From a virus: a DNA stretch of 42,784 bases. Made by a program: the position numbers and the translations under genes. The notes beneath the pieces were generated by a model. It saw only the letters and a list, made by a program, of their open reading frames with translations. It searched no databases and was not told the origin of the DNA. Below are positions 9,418-18,226 of the stretch, piece after piece (positions within the stretch are counted from its first letter, which is position 1; each line of letters begins with the position of its first letter). The stretch covers positions 1-42,784 of the IMG/VR virus record IMGVR_UViG_3300031416_000024; one strand, 5' to 3'.

Positions 9418-11973
9418 TTAGATGAATGCGCCACGCAATTCTACAGCATAGCCAGAGGTTTTGAAATCACCTACAGTGTCAACAACTTTGACCAATGCAT
9501 AACCGTTAACAGTTATCGGGCTTTCTGCTACTCCTGAGCCAATTTTTGGGGAGCCTGACGGGCCAGTGATTACATCTGTTCCGTTTACCTTCACCACGAT
9601 TGTAGCGCCTGCTGAAACTGTTGCATCAGGGTTTATCGCAATTGATGCAGATGTTACCACTCCTGTCGGCATCGGTACGGCGTTATCTCTCTGGCTCTGA
9701 GCTATATCATTTTGACCGCTAAAAGAGAATGTGCGTTTTGCGTTAAGCACGGACGCGAATTTCGCAATTGAACCAAGCGATCCCATGAAAGGATTCTCGC
9801 CCTGCTCAATAACAACTTCGCCCGTAACTGTTCCGCCAGAAATCTGGTCAAAGATTCTTGTTCCATTTGCGGAAGTGTTGTTTTTGTAAATAAGCTTTTT
9901 GTGATCGCCAGCGCTGGCAAGAATTCTCTCTTCGTTTCCAAAGTGGTTTTCTGTAATGGCAATATCCTCCCCACCTTTAAGCATAATTCCGGTTTTGTCA
10001 CTAACAACACTCATGTAGCGTCTGAATCCTGAGCGAAGGTATTTTGCATCCATAGCCGGAGAAGTTGTGAAACCCAGCAGCGTACAATTTTTTGTTGGCC
10101 CATTGAAGTTTGAGTCGGTTGATGTTGCTGAATCAACAGATGCAACCTGTAACTGGACTCCATCGTCCATCTGGATTGTCATTCCTACAGTGATATTAGG
10201 ATTTTCTGTAGCAGAATCCAGAGCAACGTAAGATTTTCCGCCAGACATTTTAATAATCCTGTCTAGCGCTCTTGTTCTTACATAGAAATCGTTATCATCC
10301 CTGTAAGTTGTGTTTAGCTTAACAACGCCCTTCCTGATATCGATTAATTCCATCCCTGTTTTGCAGCTAATCAGCGCACAGTTAAAAATCTGCAATCCAT
10401 CTCCAATATAATCTTCACCCTGAGAGGCATCACTTGTCGATGAAATTCCGTATGCGCAATTTATTATTTTAACGTTTCCAATTTGGATGTTATCGGTGTT
10501 ATGAACCAGCGCGATTCCTTTATTGCAAAGCTCAATGATTCCTTCGCCGATAATGGTTGATTTATTTCTTTCCTGTCTTTTTTCAGACTCAAAACCATAA
10601 AGCCCAACATCCTTGAAGTGGAACTTGTCAATAATCATTGACTTGTATCCATTTCCGCCAATGCCGGATTGAACCTGGCAATTTTCTGCATAAAAACCAC
10701 TGATAACAAAATCAGTCGCATAGCAATTTACAGGAATCATTCCCCATGTTTTTACGTTTCTTGCTCTGAAATCTTTAATTATGATTGTGCCAGTGCAGTT
10801 TACAGGCTCAAATCCTGCATCTCCATCCTGCCACGGCTCATCGGCATTCATTTTATCAACCTTCGCGCCAACAACTGACACGCCAATAACCTGGCCTCCG
10901 TTACAGCTCTCAGCCACCACAACGCCGCGATAAGATGGGTTAAACTTGAATCCTGTGCCGATGATAATATCAGCGTTGTTTTCGCAGATTAATGAAAAGT
11001 TTTTTATTGAATTAAATATGATGTGCTCACTGACGAATGTGTTTGCTGATATTTTAATTCTCCCTCCGGTTGCTGTAATTGCCGCTTTAATTGCTGCAAT
11101 ATCATCAGTGACGCCATCGCATTTTGCACCCCAGCCTTTAATGTCAAAAGACATTTTTAGTGCTGAAATCATTATCCCAGGAAATGAATAGTATGCATCT
11201 CCATTAATTAGTTGTGCGATTTTTTGGGCTAACGTTTCGCCATCATTGTACATTACAAGCGATGCACCTTTTGATTCATCAGTTGATGATAAATCATCTG
11301 ACTTTACAAAATTCGTGGTGTTGATTGATTCCGCAGATTCTTTTGCTTCATCTGCATATTGTTTAGCCAAGTTTTTATTTGTCTCAACATCGGAGGCGGA
11401 AGAAACTACGATGTCTCTTGCGGCAACAACTTCATCTCTGTAAGACTCAGATTTATCTTCACTCTGCTTTGCCGCCGTTTCAGATGATTTTGCGTTATCC
11501 TCAGAGGTCTTTGCGTTAGTTTTAGAATCAAGCGCCGAATCGCTGCTTTGTTTTGCCGATGACTCTGATGAGGCCGCGTTCGTTTCAGATGATTTTGCGT
11601 TATTTTCTGAAATCTTTGCAGCGTCAGCGGAAGTGCTCGCCATGTTCTTAAGCTCGATAAATTGAGCTAGTGCCTCTGGTGTAATTTCGGATTCACCAGG
11701 CAGGGTGAGATAAGTATTAATATCAGCAGATGGGGAATCTGCGTAAATTACCATAACTCCAACTGTTGTTTTTTGCTGTCCGTCCTTGTAAATCTCTACC
11801 TGATATCTACCCTGAAAAATATTCTTTTCATATGAGCCATTTTCATCTGTCTGTATTTCTGAGATAACAGTATTTAAAACTGTTTGTGTGCTCTTTAATG
11901 AAACAAGAACAATTGTATGATGAGGCATAACCTCACCGAATGCGTTTTTAAGCACGCCTTTTAATACCGTCAT
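9418..11973 (-). CDS. Side-tail-fibre-like protein with a pectate-lyase-type beta-helix (putative depolymerase tailspike)
   Basis: The N-terminus MTVLKGVLKNAFGEV... resembles the lambda Stf N-terminal domain. It is followed by AKSSETNAASSE-type repeats. GWGAKCDGVTDDIAAIKAAI is the hallmark start of pectate-lyase-3 beta-helix domains. Confidence 0.75.
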   Translation of the reverse strand: MTVLKGVLKNAFGEVMPHHTIVLVSLKSTQTVLNTVISEIQTDENGSYEKNIFQGRYQVEIYKDGQQKTTVGVMVIYADSPSADINTYLTLPGESEITPEALAQFIELKNMASTSADAAKISENNAKSSETNAASSESSAKQSSDSALDSKTNAKTSEDNAKSSETAAKQSEDKSESYRDEVVAARDIVVSSASDVETNKNLAKQYADEAKESAESINTTNFVKSDDLSSTDESKGASLVMYNDGETLAQKIAQLINGDAYYSFPGIMISALKMSFDIKGWGAKCDGVTDDIAAIKAAITATGGRIKISANTFVSEHIIFNSIKNFSLICENNADIIIGTGFKFNPSYRGVVVAESCNGGQVIGVSVVGAKVDKMNADEPWQDGDAGFEPVNCTGTIIIKDFRARNVKTWGMIPVNCYATDFVISGFYAENCQVQSGIGGNGYKSMIIDKFHFKDVGLYGFESEKRQERNKSTIIGEGIIELCNKGIALVHNTDNIQIGNVKIINCAYGISSTSDASQGEDYIGDGLQIFNCALISCKTGMELIDIRKGVVKLNTTYRDDNDFYVRTRALDRIIKMSGGKSYVALDSATENPNITVGMTIQMDDGVQLQVASVDSATSTDSNFNGPTKNCTLLGFTTSPAMDAKYLRSGFRRYMSVVSDKTGIMLKGGEDIAITENHFGNEERILASAGDHKKLIYKNNTSANGTRIFDQISGGTVTGEVVIEQGENPFMGSLGSIAKFASVLNAKRTFSFSGQNDIAQSQRDNAVPMPTGVVTSASIAINPDATVSAGATIVVKVNGTDVITGPSGSPKIGSGVAESPITVNGYALVKVVDTVGDFKTSGYAVELRGAFI

Positions 11974-12596
11974 CAGTTTATACCTCTTGTTAAAGTCTGT
12001 ATTTGCTGGCTTACAACCGCAGAGCCAATTTTGTTACGTCCATATATTAATGCAATCGCCTGCCCCTGTCCTGCCATATTTTCGACGCTATTAAAGCCCG
12101 TGCTCTTTTGCTCGTTGCTGTTATTGTCGCTCTTTGGCATCGTAGCGGCTGGCATCTTTGTAAGCATCATCGCTACACCTCCGGCAACCATCATAGCGCC
12201 TGACGCAGCCATCGCAGCAGTAGCAGCAGACCAGGCGGCTATTGACGCGCCGCCAGTGAAGAAGGCAGCAGCAACGGCTACTATTCCAGCCACCACCATA
12301 AAGATACCTCCGTTTGAGCCTGAACCCTGAACGGCTGGCGTAATGTGAATCTCTTCATCGATACCAACTGGCCCAGACAGCGCCCTGAACGCATTCCCTA
12401 TCGATTCGTTTTCATCCTTGCCGGAAACGATTTTGCCGCAAACCCTGAAGGTGAAAAAACCATTTTTCAGGTCATCATGCAGCCCTTTAATTTGGCACAA
12501 CAATAGTTGCAAAGCCTTGCTTCCGGTAGGAACCTTGCAAACAAATTTTTCACCGTACTTTTCTTTCATTTCGCCATGCAGATAAATTACAGCCAT
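11973..12596 (-). CDS. Tail assembly protein I-like
   Basis: The track start at 12602 is TTG. ATG at 12596 follows a GAGGA RBS. Central Gly/Ala-rich hydrophobic segment and position between K and J, as in lambda I. Confidence 0.75.
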   Translation of the reverse strand: MAVIYLHGEMKEKYGEKFVCKVPTGSKALQLLLCQIKGLHDDLKNGFFTFRVCGKIVSGKDENESIGNAFRALSGPVGIDEEIHITPAVQGSGSNGGIFMVVAGIVAVAAAFFTGGASIAAWSAATAAMAASGAMMVAGGVAMMLTKMPAATMPKSDNNSNEQKSTGFNSVENMAGQGQAIALIYGRNKIGSAVVSQQIQTLTRGIN

Positions 12597-12598
12597 AA

Positions 12599-13381
12599 TC
12601 AATCCTCATTTAATAATTCAATTGCGCCAGAGATATTTAAATCTTTATGGTTACCACTTCTCCATATGGAATGAGTGTACTTTAAATAAAAACCCCTCAA
12701 AGGCTCAACCATAGAGAGCTTGCCAGGCAAGTGGTGGAAAATCATATTATTCCCAACATATACAGAAACGTGATTTGGAACTTTAGCTCCCAGAAGCGAA
12801 AATATTACATCCCCAGGGATCATATCATTGTGGTCTTTAACTTTATTAAATCCAAAATTTTCTATGTTATCCGTAAATGGAGACGTAGCGCCAGGCTCTT
12901 TATACCAACCCTCTATTCTGTATCCATCTGATGGAGAAAAATCAGGCAAATGCTTTCCTGCCAGTGCATAAAAATCCCTGAAAGAATCATAGCAGTCAAG
13001 ATATCCCTCAGAGAATTCTCTACCTTTTAATTTTCTCACTGGCTCCCACACTGACAGCTCAGTAACCTCACCTCTATGAGAGTGAAGAATCCACGGAATA
13101 TTATTCCTGTATTGTTGAATCCTGTCATTTGATGAAAGATGTTCGAGTCCTTTCTCTGTATGGCTATGGCAGACGGCAACTACTTTTCCTCTTACTGAGG
13201 CAGCTACATAATCAGCCTGGCTTATGCAAAAATTATCAGATGGAACGGGATGTGAATTATGGCAAGGTATGTAAAATTTTATTCCAGCCGATTCCACCAC
13301 TAGCCCGCACCTTTCTTCTTTGGTTGTTCCTGCTAAGTGTTTAATTATCTGTAGGGTTAATTCCCTTTCTAGCTTCATCAT
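12599..13381 (-). CDS. Tail tip assembly protein K-like (MPN/JAB plus NlpC/P60-like domains)
   Basis: JAMM-like CHSHT...SSND motif, C-terminal NlpC/P60-like region, and synteny after L. Confidence 0.8.
   Translation of the reverse strand: MMKLERELTLQIIKHLAGTTKEERCGLVVESAGIKFYIPCHNSHPVPSDNFCISQADYVAASVRGKVVAVCHSHTEKGLEHLSSNDRIQQYRNNIPWILHSHRGEVTELSVWEPVRKLKGREFSEGYLDCYDSFRDFYALAGKHLPDFSPSDGYRIEGWYKEPGATSPFTDNIENFGFNKVKDHNDMIPGDVIFSLLGAKVPNHVSVYVGNNMIFHHLPGKLSMVEPLRGFYLKYTHSIWRSGNHKDLNISGAIELLNED
12730..12738 (+). repeat. AGTGGTGGA-core motif copy 3
   Basis: aggcaAGTGGTGGAaaa; antisense to K (F-H-H-L frame). Confidence 0.9.
13293..13301 (-). repeat. AGTGGTGGA-core motif copy 4
   Basis: gggctAGTGGTGGAatc on the - strand; sense in K (L-V-V-E). 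Confidence 0.9.
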
Positions 13382-14094
13382 TATCTCCCAACTTTATTGG
13401 CTGATGGAAAAATCCTGATTGGTATTGCCCCATCTCCAAACCTGAGCTTACAATCCCTTTCCAGCTTCCCGCAAACATCTTCATCTATAGAGCCAACGGG
13501 GTTGCCGTATCTGTCAAAATAATTGCTCCCGTTGTAATCACAACCTTCTTTTCTATATCTCCACTGGCAAGCTGTGCATGTAATTACATTTTTGGGGATA
13601 AGCGCATTATCAGCTTCAACAGGTAATGAAAGCTCGAAAGTTGCGTATTGCCTGCCAATTGAGTTTACACCCTGTATTTCATAAATGGTGACATATTCCT
13701 GATCTAAATCCTCGTTAGGATTTATTCCATCCTTAAAGTTTGATGCGTCAAGAAATTTTGCGTAAACATCTCTGACGTAAACCTTAGCGCCTGCCATTTC
13801 CTTGTATTTTACGTAAAGCCCTCTTACTATTCCTGTTATATTTGACAGGGTAAGAGTTGGCCTGTTTGACGCACCCTGAGAACTTCTTTTTATTCCATCT
13901 ATTTTTGATGGGAATCCTTGGTACTCATAACCCTGCCATGTAACGTTCTTGTCGTTTTCATTTAGCCCGTTATGAAAGCGATAAATAGTACCCCCTAATC
14001 CAGTAAGGTCTATATCAAAAAGCCTAATCATTGCTGTCTGCTCAAGCTTATCAAGCTCAAGAACCATTTTATCTGGCACTCCGTTAATAGACAT
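13381..14094 (-). CDS. Minor tail protein L-like
   Basis: LFDIDLTGLGG...YRFHNG...WQGYEY...RPTLTLSN matches the lambda L family signature. TAATG coupling on both sides. Confidence 0.9.
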   Translation of the reverse strand: MSINGVPDKMVLELDKLEQTAMIRLFDIDLTGLGGTIYRFHNGLNENDKNVTWQGYEYQGFPSKIDGIKRSSQGASNRPTLTLSNITGIVRGLYVKYKEMAGAKVYVRDVYAKFLDASNFKDGINPNEDLDQEYVTIYEIQGVNSIGRQYATFELSLPVEADNALIPKNVITCTACQWRYRKEGCDYNGSNYFDRYGNPVGSIDEDVCGKLERDCKLRFGDGAIPIRIFPSANKVGR

Positions 14095-14438
14095 TATCCG
14101 ATATGCTCCTTAACGTTTATTGAGAAATCGCAATAGTTAGCGCCATGATTTGGGTTCTCGCTTGAGTTCTGAACCTTAACCAAAACATCTTTCATTCTAG
14201 ATTCTGAGTAAATCCAGAAAGGTTTGTGCGCACCATGCCTTTCAAGAAAATCTACTACGCGCTGTTTTTCGATAGGGCCAATTATGCGATAGGTTAGCTG
14301 ATACTCTTTCCGGTTGTAGTTAAGTCCATCGGGCGCGGACTCCTCATAGCCGTCACCAAATGAGGCTATAATAGCCTTGGGGTTGTTTGATACTGTAGGG
14401 TTTGGACGCGGACGCCAGGGGAATTTTTCGTATGCCAT
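14094..14438 (-). CDS. Minor tail protein M-like
   Basis: FGDGYEE...FLERHGAHKPFW matches the lambda M family pattern; GAGGTG RBS. Confidence 0.85.
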   Translation of the reverse strand: MAYEKFPWRPRPNPTVSNNPKAIIASFGDGYEESAPDGLNYNRKEYQLTYRIIGPIEKQRVVDFLERHGAHKPFWIYSESRMKDVLVKVQNSSENPNHGANYCDFSINVKEHIG

Positions 14439-14448
14439 TGTTGCACCT

Positions 14449-14478
14449 CAAAAAAATAAAGCGGCTGTTATGCCGCTT
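14449..14478 (-). terminator. Rho-independent terminator immediately upstream of the M gene
   Basis: On the - strand: AAGCGGC-ATAACA-GCCGCTT followed by TATTTTTTTG. Confidence 0.75.
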
Positions 14479-14511
14479 ATTGTATACCTTGCGTGATATC
14501 TTTGCCAGCAA

Positions 14512-14883
14512 TTAACCCAGGCGGCTATGACCATAAACGCTTAGCTCTGATACTGGAGGAGGCTCAACCGCCTGCTCTTTTGCATAGGCTTCCGCAACTA
14601 TTTTTTCAAACTTCTCACAAAATTCAACCATTGGCTTATTTGTTTGTTCAAGCCCATCTATGGCGCACTTCACAACATTTAGCAAGCAATCCTTGTTCAT
14701 ATATATACCTGATAAACTTGAATTACCCAGCCCAAAGTTCATTTCTATTCCAATATTACCATTTGTGAATGATTCTGAGTCAATAACTGTAATTGACGAT
14801 CTTAGCTTATTAATCTGGATAAGGTTTTCTTCTACTGATTTTTTGTAATCAAAATATTTTTGAACAAGATTGCTATAGTTCAT
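14512..14883 (-). CDS. Hypothetical protein (insert between TMP and M)
   Basis: 123-aa ORF with ATGA coupling to the upstream ORF; AT-rich. Confidence 0.6.
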   Translation of the reverse strand: MNYSNLVQKYFDYKKSVEENLIQINKLRSSITVIDSESFTNGNIGIEMNFGLGNSSLSGIYMNKDCLLNVVKCAIDGLEQTNKPMVEFCEKFEKIVAEAYAKEQAVEPPPVSELSVYGHSRLG

Positions 14884-15080
14884 TTTCCTTCCTCATTTAA
14901 ATTCGGGCAAGTGGTGGATTTAACTTCCTCTTGCTGATTATTTTTAATTACGTGCTTTACTCTTTTTTGACCAAACTTTTCAAACGCACCAAGAAGCGCA
15001 TCCTCAAGCGTAGGGCATTGGTCGGTTATCCATATCGCCTCTTTTCCCTCCTTAAAGACTATCTTGTAAATGTTGTACAT
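14880..15080 (-). CDS. Hypothetical protein (insert between TMP and M)
   Basis: 66-aa ORF whose start abuts the stop of the 59-aa ORF. Confidence 0.55.
   Translation of the reverse strand: MYNIYKIVFKEGKEAIWITDQCPTLEDALLGAFEKFGQKRVKHVIKNNQQEEVKSTTCPNLNEEGK
14910..14918 (+). repeat. AGTGGTGGA-core motif copy 5
   Basis: gggcaAGTGGTGGAttt; antisense to the 66-aa ORF (S-T-T-C). Confidence 0.9.
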
Positions 15081-15260
15081 TTACTTAATCTCAAAAATCA
15101 AAAACATGCTGCTTTCAAAACATATAGGCCATAGCTTTCTGACGTGAGTCAGCGCAAGCTCTGGATTGTCAAAGCACATAAGAGAGGGGCTTTTGTTTTT
15201 CACCAGAGCGCTATCTGCTCTGAGGTATTGACCGTAAATTTTAAGTCCGTACTTTTTCAT
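15081..15260 (-). CDS. Hypothetical 59-aa protein (not in the ORF track, below its length cutoff)
   Basis: Hand translation: MKKYGLKIYGQYLRADSALVKNKSPSLMCFDNPELALTHVRKLWPICFESSMFLIFEIK. Its TAA is directly followed by the next ATG. Confidence 0.45.
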   Translation of the reverse strand: MKKYGLKIYGQYLRADSALVKNKSPSLMCFDNPELALTHVRKLWPICFESSMFLIFEIK

Positions 15261-15273
15261 ATTTTATGACTCT

Positions 15274-15302
15274 AAAAAAAAGGGATAGCCAGAGACTATC
15301 CC
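15274..15302 (-). terminator. Rho-independent terminator just after the tape measure gene
   Basis: On the - strand: GGGATAG-7 nt loop-CTATCCC followed by eight T. It is preceded by GTGTTGACA (15313-15321). Confidence 0.8.
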
Positions 15303-15328
15303 AAAACTTAACCACTGTCAACACCTGG

Positions 15329-17566
15329 CTAAGATGCCAAAATCCCGTTGTACCTTTTTTCGTTTCTCATCTTGTGCTCTATTGCCGCATTAGTCATTTC
15401 CTGAATCATCTTAGCGTCCTCAGCCTTGATTCCACTATTGTTGAAAGTGTTGTTTTGTACCAGGGTAAAGTTTCCACCGCTGCCGGAATCCAGTTTATTG
15501 TTGGGAGTAATGTTGCCCGTGGTGCCAGCAGTGAACAGCTCCGGCCCCTTCTCTCCCACCAGGTAAGTCTGACCAGCCATAACCTGGCCTCCTTTCTCCC
15601 TTGCTCCAGCTATCTGAGCGATTCCCTGCGCCGCTATCATGGCGGCGTTGGCGTAGCCCAGAGTCCTGACTATGTTAGACTCCGCTACCTTCTGGGCCAG
15701 CGTGAGCGATGCGGGGGAGGCCAGAACCTGAGCGGCGGCAAGGTTAGCCATTATGATAGCCTGAGCTACCGCCATGCCCTTGGTCGCTATAGTGGCTGCT
15801 ATCCAGGCTGCTGAACCTTCCTCAGCGCTACTTGCTATCGTGTCGCCAAAGCTCTGAGCAACAGACATTGCGCTACTCATCGTATTGGCATAAGACTGAA
15901 GCTCGTCAGCCTGTTTTTTGTATTCTACGTTCTGTAGATTTGCCGCTAAATCCTGTTGATTGTTTTTTGTGTCATAGGCTCGCTTGTTTCTTATAGCTTC
16001 AAGTTCGCTCTGATACTGCTCCTCTTTCATTTTTCCGGCTGTGTGTTTTGCGTCCAGCCTTTCCATTTCTGTATAATATTCTGCATCAATAGCTTTTTGC
16101 AGGAAGCTTGATTTTATATTTAAAATCTTTTGCTGGTAATCGTATTCGCTGGTTAGCCCTCTGTTTCTTGCGCTCTCCGCCGATGCGATTTGCCTCTGTT
16201 CCGCCGCTTTTCTGTTTGCTGAATCTAGCTGGCTGTTAAGTGCTTCCACGCCATGATTGTATTGTTGTTGGCTTATAAGTTTTTTAGCAAGAAACCCGTC
16301 AAGCTGTTTTAGCTGAATGTCATAATTTATTTCAGCTTTCTTTTGCTCAGAGGCATTTCCTTTATCAAGCTCCTCAAGCCACTTACTTGCTTGCTCCTGT
16401 TGCTTTTTGAATTGTTCAGCTTTTGCCGCCGCCGCTTTTGCCGCCGCCGCTGCGTCCTTGGCTTCTTTCTCTTTATTTACCCAGCCACCTGTTGGCGTAT
16501 TGGTTCCAGGTTGAGGGCTGTTAGCCATTTCAACGCCAGCCTTATACTCTGCCGTTCCAGGAATATTTGCTGCGTTAACGCCATCTATGGAGCGAATCAT
16601 TTTCGCAACGATGTTATCACCGCCGTAATAAAAATTCTTCATCCAGTCAGTGAATTTTGTCCCCTCCCAATCTCCGTTAAGGATTTCGAGAAGAGTGTTT
16701 AATTCCTGAACAGTTGGCGTAAGCGCGTTTGCCTTCCATGCCTGAAAAGTTTGAGAAAGGTTTGCAATCTGTTTGTCGTATTCTGCATATTGTTTAGCAA
16801 CATCAGCCGTAATTCCGGCGTGCGTGCTGTTTATCGCATTTAAAGCTTCCTGCTCGTTAGCATACTGTTTTAGCGTGGTAATCATATGGGAAGAATCAGA
16901 CGCCAGCGTTTCCATCATGTTAACTATTTCGGCGTTTGATTTTCCCGCTTTCCGCATTTCATAGAAAGCATGGATTACGGCATCTATTCCACCATTAGTC
17001 TGGTTCAGGTATTTATTGAAATCCTGGAGCTGTAGCCCGTAGGCTTTCATATCTTCAGCAGGGCCGGAGCCATCCCTGAAGGCATCGCCCAAGTGGTCTA
17101 AAGTGTCCTTATTGATATCAGCGAATTTATCAATTTCCAGACCTGTATTTCTGAAAACCGTCTGCATCTGCTGGATGCGCTCAATCGTTGTTCCGCTTGC
17201 TGTAGCGGCTTCATTCATTTCCCTAACATAATCAGCAGATGAAGAAATAAGGGAATTCAGAACATAACCAAGAGCAACAGCGCCACCAGACAAAGCGCCA
17301 AGCCTTACAAAAAACTTGGCTGCTCCGCTTTCTGCGTTATCCATCTGCTGACTTATTCTTTTGAATGAGTCAACAATTCCGCCGAAACTTGAAGTGTCAA
17401 AGTTCCTGAAGTTCTCAAAAGAACCCTCAAGGTAATCAGCAGAGTTTGAGGCCTTATCTAGCGAACCCTGAATGTCTTTAGTTGATTTCCTTACGTTATC
17501 AGCCAGGTTTTTGATAATTTTTGAGGTGTTATCTTTTGCTGTTATAAGCGTGTTTATGATTGCCAT
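15329..17566 (-). CDS. Tail tape measure protein
   Basis: The track ORF starts at TTG 17584. ATG at 17566 (MAIINTL...) follows an AAGG RBS. Long alpha-helical/coiled protein with a Gly/Ala-rich hydrophobic C-terminal segment, positioned after G/GT. Confidence 0.9.
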   Translation of the reverse strand: MAIINTLITAKDNTSKIIKNLADNVRKSTKDIQGSLDKASNSADYLEGSFENFRNFDTSSFGGIVDSFKRISQQMDNAESGAAKFFVRLGALSGGAVALGYVLNSLISSSADYVREMNEAATASGTTIERIQQMQTVFRNTGLEIDKFADINKDTLDHLGDAFRDGSGPAEDMKAYGLQLQDFNKYLNQTNGGIDAVIHAFYEMRKAGKSNAEIVNMMETLASDSSHMITTLKQYANEQEALNAINSTHAGITADVAKQYAEYDKQIANLSQTFQAWKANALTPTVQELNTLLEILNGDWEGTKFTDWMKNFYYGGDNIVAKMIRSIDGVNAANIPGTAEYKAGVEMANSPQPGTNTPTGGWVNKEKEAKDAAAAAKAAAAKAEQFKKQQEQASKWLEELDKGNASEQKKAEINYDIQLKQLDGFLAKKLISQQQYNHGVEALNSQLDSANRKAAEQRQIASAESARNRGLTSEYDYQQKILNIKSSFLQKAIDAEYYTEMERLDAKHTAGKMKEEQYQSELEAIRNKRAYDTKNNQQDLAANLQNVEYKKQADELQSYANTMSSAMSVAQSFGDTIASSAEEGSAAWIAATIATKGMAVAQAIIMANLAAAQVLASPASLTLAQKVAESNIVRTLGYANAAMIAAQGIAQIAGAREKGGQVMAGQTYLVGEKGPELFTAGTTGNITPNNKLDSGSGGNFTLVQNNTFNNSGIKAEDAKMIQEMTNAAIEHKMRNEKRYNGILAS

Positions 17567-17576
17567 TTTTTTTACC

Positions 17577-18175
17577 TTAATCAAGTACGCTGATTAGCGC
17601 GTTAACCTGAACATCTGGACTGTCCTCTGCTTTACTTAATAATACTTCGTCGCCGTTTTTCAGCCTGTCAATCTCTTCTTTTTCAAGCTCAAAATGCGCC
17701 AGCCACTTGATAACCTCTGAAATTGGCCATTCCTCTATTTCAAAGAATGGCTTTTTCAGCTCAACAGCAATACGGCGGATTATTGCTTGCGTCGGTTCCG
17801 TGGCGAATCCTTTTTTATTTCTTCCTTCTTGGTCTGAGTGAATCCGTTAATTTCTGCCGCAATATCACCAATTCGGAATATAAGTTTTTCATCCCAAAAA
17901 GAAAGAAGAGAATCAACATCTTCAATGCTTGAGATTAATTTTCCATCCTCATCAATTGCAGTTGAGCAAATCAAAGCAGAATAGAAACGCAAGCCCTGAG
18001 TTTGGGGAGTGGTGGATAAATCCTTTTTAGAATCCATCATGTACTTATTGAAATCAGAGGCCGCTTTTGCTGTGAATTCCCTCAGCATGATTTGCGCGCC
18101 TTCTGCAATCTCAGGAATATCGATAACTTTAATTTTAAGATTCTGCTTAACAGAAAGACTCTTTAACACTGCCAT
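17577..18175 (-). CDS. Tail assembly chaperone GT-like fusion made by programmed -1 frameshift
   Basis: Slipping at A_AAA_AAG opens a 77-codon stop-free -1 frame (GFATEPTQAII...ALISVLD). It ends at TAA 17577-17579, 11 nt before the TMP ATG. Confidence 0.8.
17780..18175 (-). CDS. Tail assembly chaperone (lambda G-like, zero-frame product)
   Basis: 131-aa ORF between the major tail and tape measure genes, with a slippery heptamer near its 3' end. Confidence 0.8.
   Translation of the reverse strand: MAVLKSLSVKQNLKIKVIDIPEIAEGAQIMLREFTAKAASDFNKYMMDSKKDLSTTPQTQGLRFYSALICSTAIDEDGKLISSIEDVDSLLSFWDEKLIFRIGDIAAEINGFTQTKKEEIKKDSPRNRRKQ
17810..17816 (-). promoter_or_regulatory. Slippery heptamer A_AAA_AAG for the -1 ribosomal frameshift
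   Basis: On the - strand the G frame reads ATA AAA AAG, matching X_XXY_YYZ in the correct phase. Confidence 0.8.
18008..18016 (+). repeat. AGTGGTGGA-core motif copy 6
   Basis: tggggAGTGGTGGAtaa; antisense to G (S-T-T-P). Confidence 0.9.
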
Positions 18176-18189
18176 TTTAATTACCCCAT

Positions 18190-18213
18190 TTTAAAGGGGG
18201 AAATAATCCCCCC
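18190..18213 (-). terminator. Weak hairpin terminator after the major tail gene
   Basis: GGGGG-7 nt-CCCCC followed by TTTAAAAT on the - strand. Confidence 0.4.
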
Positions 18214-18226
18214 TGATTATTTTTTA

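Noticed and set aside
6256-12330. Short + strand ORFs within J, Stf and I (for example 6256..6477, 7096..7320, 10946..11191, 12031..12330)
   Set aside because: They are antisense to long, confidently assigned tail genes, with no RBS or promoter context.
15313-15321. GTGTTGACA right after the tape measure stop as an active promoter for the inserted cassette
   Set aside because: The only -10 candidate (TAGTCT) lies inside the stem of the strong terminator hairpin. It is kept as context for the cassette but not annotated as a promoter.
15266-15814. 182-aa + strand ORF, and the similar + strand ORFs at 16343..16702 and 16773..16964
   Set aside because: They are antisense to the tape measure gene, with repeat-driven open frames and no start context.
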